From a candidate division WWE3 bacterium RIFCSPHIGHO2_01_FULL_42_13 (GTDB lineage Bacteria > Patescibacteriota > WWE3 > UBA101185 > UBA10185), in assembly GCA_001772625.1 (NCBI GenBank), contig MEVA01000016.1, positions 298 through 37,490 on the forward strand: DNA of 37,193 nucleotides, given 5' to 3'. Shown here in pieces: positions 34,187 to 37,193 of the stretch. The position numbers and the translations under genes were made by a program. Under the pieces are notes generated by a model. That model was not told the origin of the DNA, ran no database searches, and saw only the letters and a program-made list of their open reading frames with translations. Numbering within the stretch: position 1 is the first letter of the stretch; the number at the start of each line of letters is the position of its first letter.

Positions 34187-36466
34187 TTACTTCTTGGATT
34201 TTCTTTTCAGCAAGCCCTGTTCGGCATCATAAATGATCTTTCGCGTTTTATCTATTACGTCAGGGCTTATGGAAACCGAGGTCATTCCCCAACCAACAAG
34301 TTTTTTCACCAAATCGGGATACTCAGAAGGGGCCTGTCCACAAATAGAGGAAGTAACTTTATATTTTTTCGCCGTAGTGATAACTTTTTCCAAACACCAC
34401 AACATGGCCGGATCCAACTCATTGTAAACACTTATTACTTTCTCATTATCTCTGTCAACTCCTAATATAAGCATGGTCAAGTCATTTGTTCCTACTGAAA
34501 CCCCATCAACCCCCTCGTCTAGGAACTCTTCCAACGAAATAACATTAGAGGGAATCTCCACCATCATCCAAAGTTTAAAATTACTACTCCTTCTTAATCC
34601 AAATGAGGCCATTAACTTTTTTACCTCCCTTAGCTGTTCAACCGTTCGAACAAACGGTAGCATTACATATAAATTCTTGTAGCCTTTTTTATTACGGACA
34701 ATTTTTATAGCTTCGATTTCCATTTTAAAGACATCTGCATCGTCCAAGTATCTGGAAACCCCTCTAAAACCTATCATTGGGTTTGGTTCTTCAGTTTCAA
34801 ACTGAGCCCCACCCTTTAAATTTCGGTATTCATTTGTCCTAAAATCTGTTGTCCTATAGACAACGGGTCTGGGGTGAAAGGCCTTGGCAAAGGTCTCTAA
34901 ACCTTTAGCCATGTGATTTATAAACTCCTTTTGCCTTCCCTCCTGCACAAATTTCCTCGGGTGTGTGCCCATGTGAGCTATCATAAATTCAGCGCGCAAT
35001 AACCCAATACCATCAACATTTCTTTTTGCATGCAGGTCTGCAAGTTCGGGTTCGGCAAGATTCAAATAAACCTTTGTTGCAGTTTTGATACTTTCTTCCG
35101 AAATGGAAGATATACTTTCTTTTTTACTTAACGCAACCACAATGTTTCCCTCAAACACCTTTCCATTTGAACCATCAACACTAATAATTTCACCATCTTG
35201 TAGTATTTTTGTGGCCTCGCCGGCCCCAACTACAGCTGGAATCCCAAGCTCACGACTTACAATTGCGGCATGTGAAGTTCTTCCTCCCTTATCAGTGAGA
35301 ATTGCAGCTGCCCGTTTCATTGCTGGAACATAATCAGGGTTAGTCATTTCGGCAACTAAAATATCGCCCGGTTGAATTTTTGTAATTTCTCCAGACGACT
35401 TAATAATTCGTACAGGCCCACTAACAGCTCCCGGTGAGGCTCCCAAGCCCTCAAGTAGCAGCTTGGCATTCTTCTCGTCAGAAATTTTAATCTCTCCTAC
35501 AACATTACCTCCCATTTTCAACGTAGTAACCGGCCTGGACTGAACAATATACAGAGTTTTGTCCTGATATCCCCACTCCATATCCTGCGGCCTGCCATAG
35601 TGCTTTTCCACTTTCATACCAAGTTTAGCCAGTTCAATCACATGTTTGTCATCAAGCTTTTGTTTCTCCTGGTAGGCCTTTGAAACTTTTACCTCGCCCG
35701 CATCTGTAAGCTGCCAGGTCTGCTTTACAATTTGTTTTTTCGTAATTTTTCCCGTTTCTTTGCTTACAATAAACTGGTCTGGAGTTATTTCACCTGAAAC
35801 AATGGGCTGACCCAAACCATAAGCCGCTTCAATTGAAACTTCGCTCGAACTGTTCGTAATAGGATTAACCGTAAACATTATTCCAGAAACCTCGGACTGC
35901 ACCATTAGCTGAATGGGAACGGCAATTCCCACCTTCATATGATTAAATTTATTTTCGGTTCTATAAAAAATCGCGCGCGCTTCAAACAGAGACGCCCAAC
36001 ACTTTTGAACAGACTTAATAACGTCTTTTGCACCTTGAATGTTTAAGTAAGTTTCCTGCTGACCTGCAAACGAAGCATCGGGCAAATCCTCGGCCGTAGC
36101 AGATGAGCGTACTGCCACCCTCTTATCAAACTCACCACTTAGCTCGTGATATGCCTCGGCAATAAGTTTAGCCAGGTCTTTTGGCATTTGTGCCGCTAAA
36201 ATGGCGGTTTTAATGTTTTTTGAAGCTTCAATAAGTTTTTTGGAATCCTGGGTATCCAAACCTGAAAGTTCAGTTAAAATCTTTTGACGTAATGAGGTCT
36301 TTTTCAGAAATTCAAAATAGGCGTAGGCGGTAACGCAGAAACCGTTCGGAACGGGAATTCCAGAACGGTACATTTCACCAAGGTTTGCGCCCTTACCTCC
36401 AACCAAAGATATACTATTTTTTGAAACTTCTTCGAACCAGAGAATTTGAGCAGTTTTTCTGGGCAT
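34187..36466 (-). CDS. ppsA: Phosphoenolpyruvate synthase (pyruvate, water dikinase)
   Basis: VGGKGANLGE, AVRSSATAEDLPDASFAGQQET, GGRTSHAAIVSRE phospho-His, EPNPMIGFRG, SICGQAPS. Confidence 0.97.
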   Translation of the reverse strand: MPRKTAQILWFEEVSKNSISLVGGKGANLGEMYRSGIPVPNGFCVTAYAYFEFLKKTSLRQKILTELSGLDTQDSKKLIEASKNIKTAILAAQMPKDLAKLIAEAYHELSGEFDKRVAVRSSATAEDLPDASFAGQQETYLNIQGAKDVIKSVQKCWASLFEARAIFYRTENKFNHMKVGIAVPIQLMVQSEVSGIMFTVNPITNSSSEVSIEAAYGLGQPIVSGEITPDQFIVSKETGKITKKQIVKQTWQLTDAGEVKVSKAYQEKQKLDDKHVIELAKLGMKVEKHYGRPQDMEWGYQDKTLYIVQSRPVTTLKMGGNVVGEIKISDEKNAKLLLEGLGASPGAVSGPVRIIKSSGEITKIQPGDILVAEMTNPDYVPAMKRAAAILTDKGGRTSHAAIVSRELGIPAVVGAGEATKILQDGEIISVDGSNGKVFEGNIVVALSKKESISSISEESIKTATKVYLNLAEPELADLHAKRNVDGIGLLRAEFMIAHMGTHPRKFVQEGRQKEFINHMAKGLETFAKAFHPRPVVYRTTDFRTNEYRNLKGGAQFETEEPNPMIGFRGVSRYLDDADVFKMEIEAIKIVRNKKGYKNLYVMLPFVRTVEQLREVKKLMASFGLRRSSNFKLWMMVEIPSNVISLEEFLDEGVDGVSVGTNDLTMLILGVDRDNEKVISVYNELDPAMLWCLEKVITTAKKYKVTSSICGQAPSEYPDLVKKLVGWGMTSVSISPDVIDKTRKIIYDAEQGLLKRKSKK

Positions 36467-36506
36467 AGTTAAAGTATAACATCTGAAAAAGGATGTGGGT
36501 AAAGTT

Positions 36507-36543
36507 CAAGATCCCCCTTTCTGTGTGAGAAAGAAGGATCTTG
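36507..36543 (-). terminator. Hairpin downstream of orphan gene 36559-36915
   Basis: Minus strand CAAGATCCTTCTTTCT-cacac-AGAAAGGGGGATCTTG (16 bp, two G-U pairs); weak U-tract. Confidence 0.6.
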
Positions 36544-36558
36544 TTTTGTCAGGCCCTA

Positions 36559-36915
36559 TTACCGGAACTTTATCTGAGCCAGTCCGATCGCAACCCCTGC
36601 CAGCAACATCGCGATGACTGGGATGTAAAGTCCAGTCAGGTCGGGAGCAAAGCCAGGATTGCCCATGGAGAGTAAGCCGACACACATAAAAGCGCCAATT
36701 CCCACAAGTGTCGCAAGTAGCCCCACACCCATCCACCAGGCCTCCCAAAGAGGCGTCCACATGTACACCTCGCAGTCGGCAAAGGCAAATAAACCGGCGG
36801 CGAGCAAAAGCGAAACCCAAACCTGCATGCTCAGCTGATAGGAAAATGCTACGAAACTGCCAATCGCCAAGGCAGCTCCCACCAGGTGAAACCACTTAAT
36901 TCTAACACTCGCCAT
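36559..36915 (-). CDS. Hypothetical four-TM membrane protein
   Basis: ATG behind an AAGGAG SD, own promoter and downstream hairpin; four hydrophobic segments; GC higher than neighbours. Confidence 0.8.
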   Translation of the reverse strand: MASVRIKWFHLVGAALAIGSFVAFSYQLSMQVWVSLLLAAGLFAFADCEVYMWTPLWEAWWMGVGLLATLVGIGAFMCVGLLSMGNPGFAPDLTGLYIPVIAMLLAGVAIGLAQIKFR

Positions 36916-36960
36916 TTCGAGCTCCTTTACTCCTAGGATTGTGAAAGATTTGTTTCGGCT

Positions 36961-36989
36961 ATTATAGCAACAAAATTCTATAACGTCAA
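36961..36989 (-). promoter_or_regulatory. Near-consensus sigma70 promoter of orphan gene 36559-36915
   Basis: TTGACG (36989-36984), 17 nt, TATAAT (36966-36961), with extended TG. Confidence 0.85.
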
Positions 36990-37017
36990 CGCTATAGGGT
37001 TACGCTGTGAGATAAGT

Positions 37018-37193
37018 TTATAAAGGAAGCGTGAAAACTACTCTCGTACCACGGGGTTTATTATCTTCAACCCAAATTTTACCACCGTGCGCCTCGACAA
37101 TTCCCTTGGTAATGACCAACCCAAGTCCGGTGCTGGGCATTTCAGGATCATTAGATTTATGTAATTGCGCAAACTTGTGAAATAGCTGAGGTT
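37018..37193 (-). CDS. Sensor histidine kinase, C-terminal HATPase_c fragment (runs off window end)
   Basis: Not in ORF track. Manual translation [57 protein letters not shown] shows F box, G2 box and HGG. Confidence 0.92.
   Translation of the reverse strand, partial: PQLFHKFAQLHKSNDPEMPSTGLGLVITKGIVEAHGGKIWVEDNKPRGTRVVFTLPL

Noticed and set aside
309-35333. Remaining short ORFs in the six-frame track lying antisense or out of frame within conserved genes
   Set aside because: Typical shadow ORFs with no independent evidence.
36506-36899. Alternative ORFs 36506-36895 (-) and 36708-36899 (+)
   Set aside because: No SD, and one runs through the hairpin; 36559-36915 has the SD and TM pattern.
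1-37193. CRISPR array, tRNA/rRNA genes, or UGA recoding (genetic code 25)
   Set aside because: Intergenic gaps are all short with no repeat-spacer or cloverleaf patterns, and conserved genes are full length under the standard code.

Overview
Compact, low-GC bacterial chromosomal segment, mostly on the minus strand and using the standard genetic code. Gene content and style suggest a Patescibacteria/CPR organism, possibly WWE3/Microgenomates-like (inference only). In window order it holds: the 5' part of a type 2 ileS; an unannotated 43-aa membrane microprotein; a PduO-type cobalamin adenosyltransferase and class II ribonucleotide reductase (nrdJ); a reduced dcw cluster (murA-mraY-ftsW-murG-ftsQ-ftsA-ftsZ); secG; a holin-like membrane protein; uvrC/uvrA/uvrB with lexA; a membrane-anchored transglutaminase-like protein; sugar/gluconeogenesis genes (class V FBP aldolase/phosphatase, ROK kinase, 6PGL-like, phosphoglycerate mutase-like, enolase, PEP synthase); an HrcA-like remnant; a LysM protein; a class A PBP; DedA; two divergent GT-C glycosyltransferases (one fused to DUF218); two GC-rich orphan membrane-protein genes; and the 3' end of a histidine kinase. 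Most notable: (1) the dcw cluster lacks every peptide-stem enzyme and its MraY has substitutions at catalytic aspartates; (2) a direct-repeat candidate LexA operator (TTCGG-N6-TTCGG) lies in the uvrA and lexA promoters; (3) -10 boxes sit 6-7 nt before many start codons, implying leaderless mRNAs; (4) two unrelated orphan genes share a promoter/leader/hairpin architecture, one with a possible 3'-to-SD fold-back. No rRNA, tRNA, CRISPR or transposase was seen. All calls come from reading motifs by eye; no searches were run.
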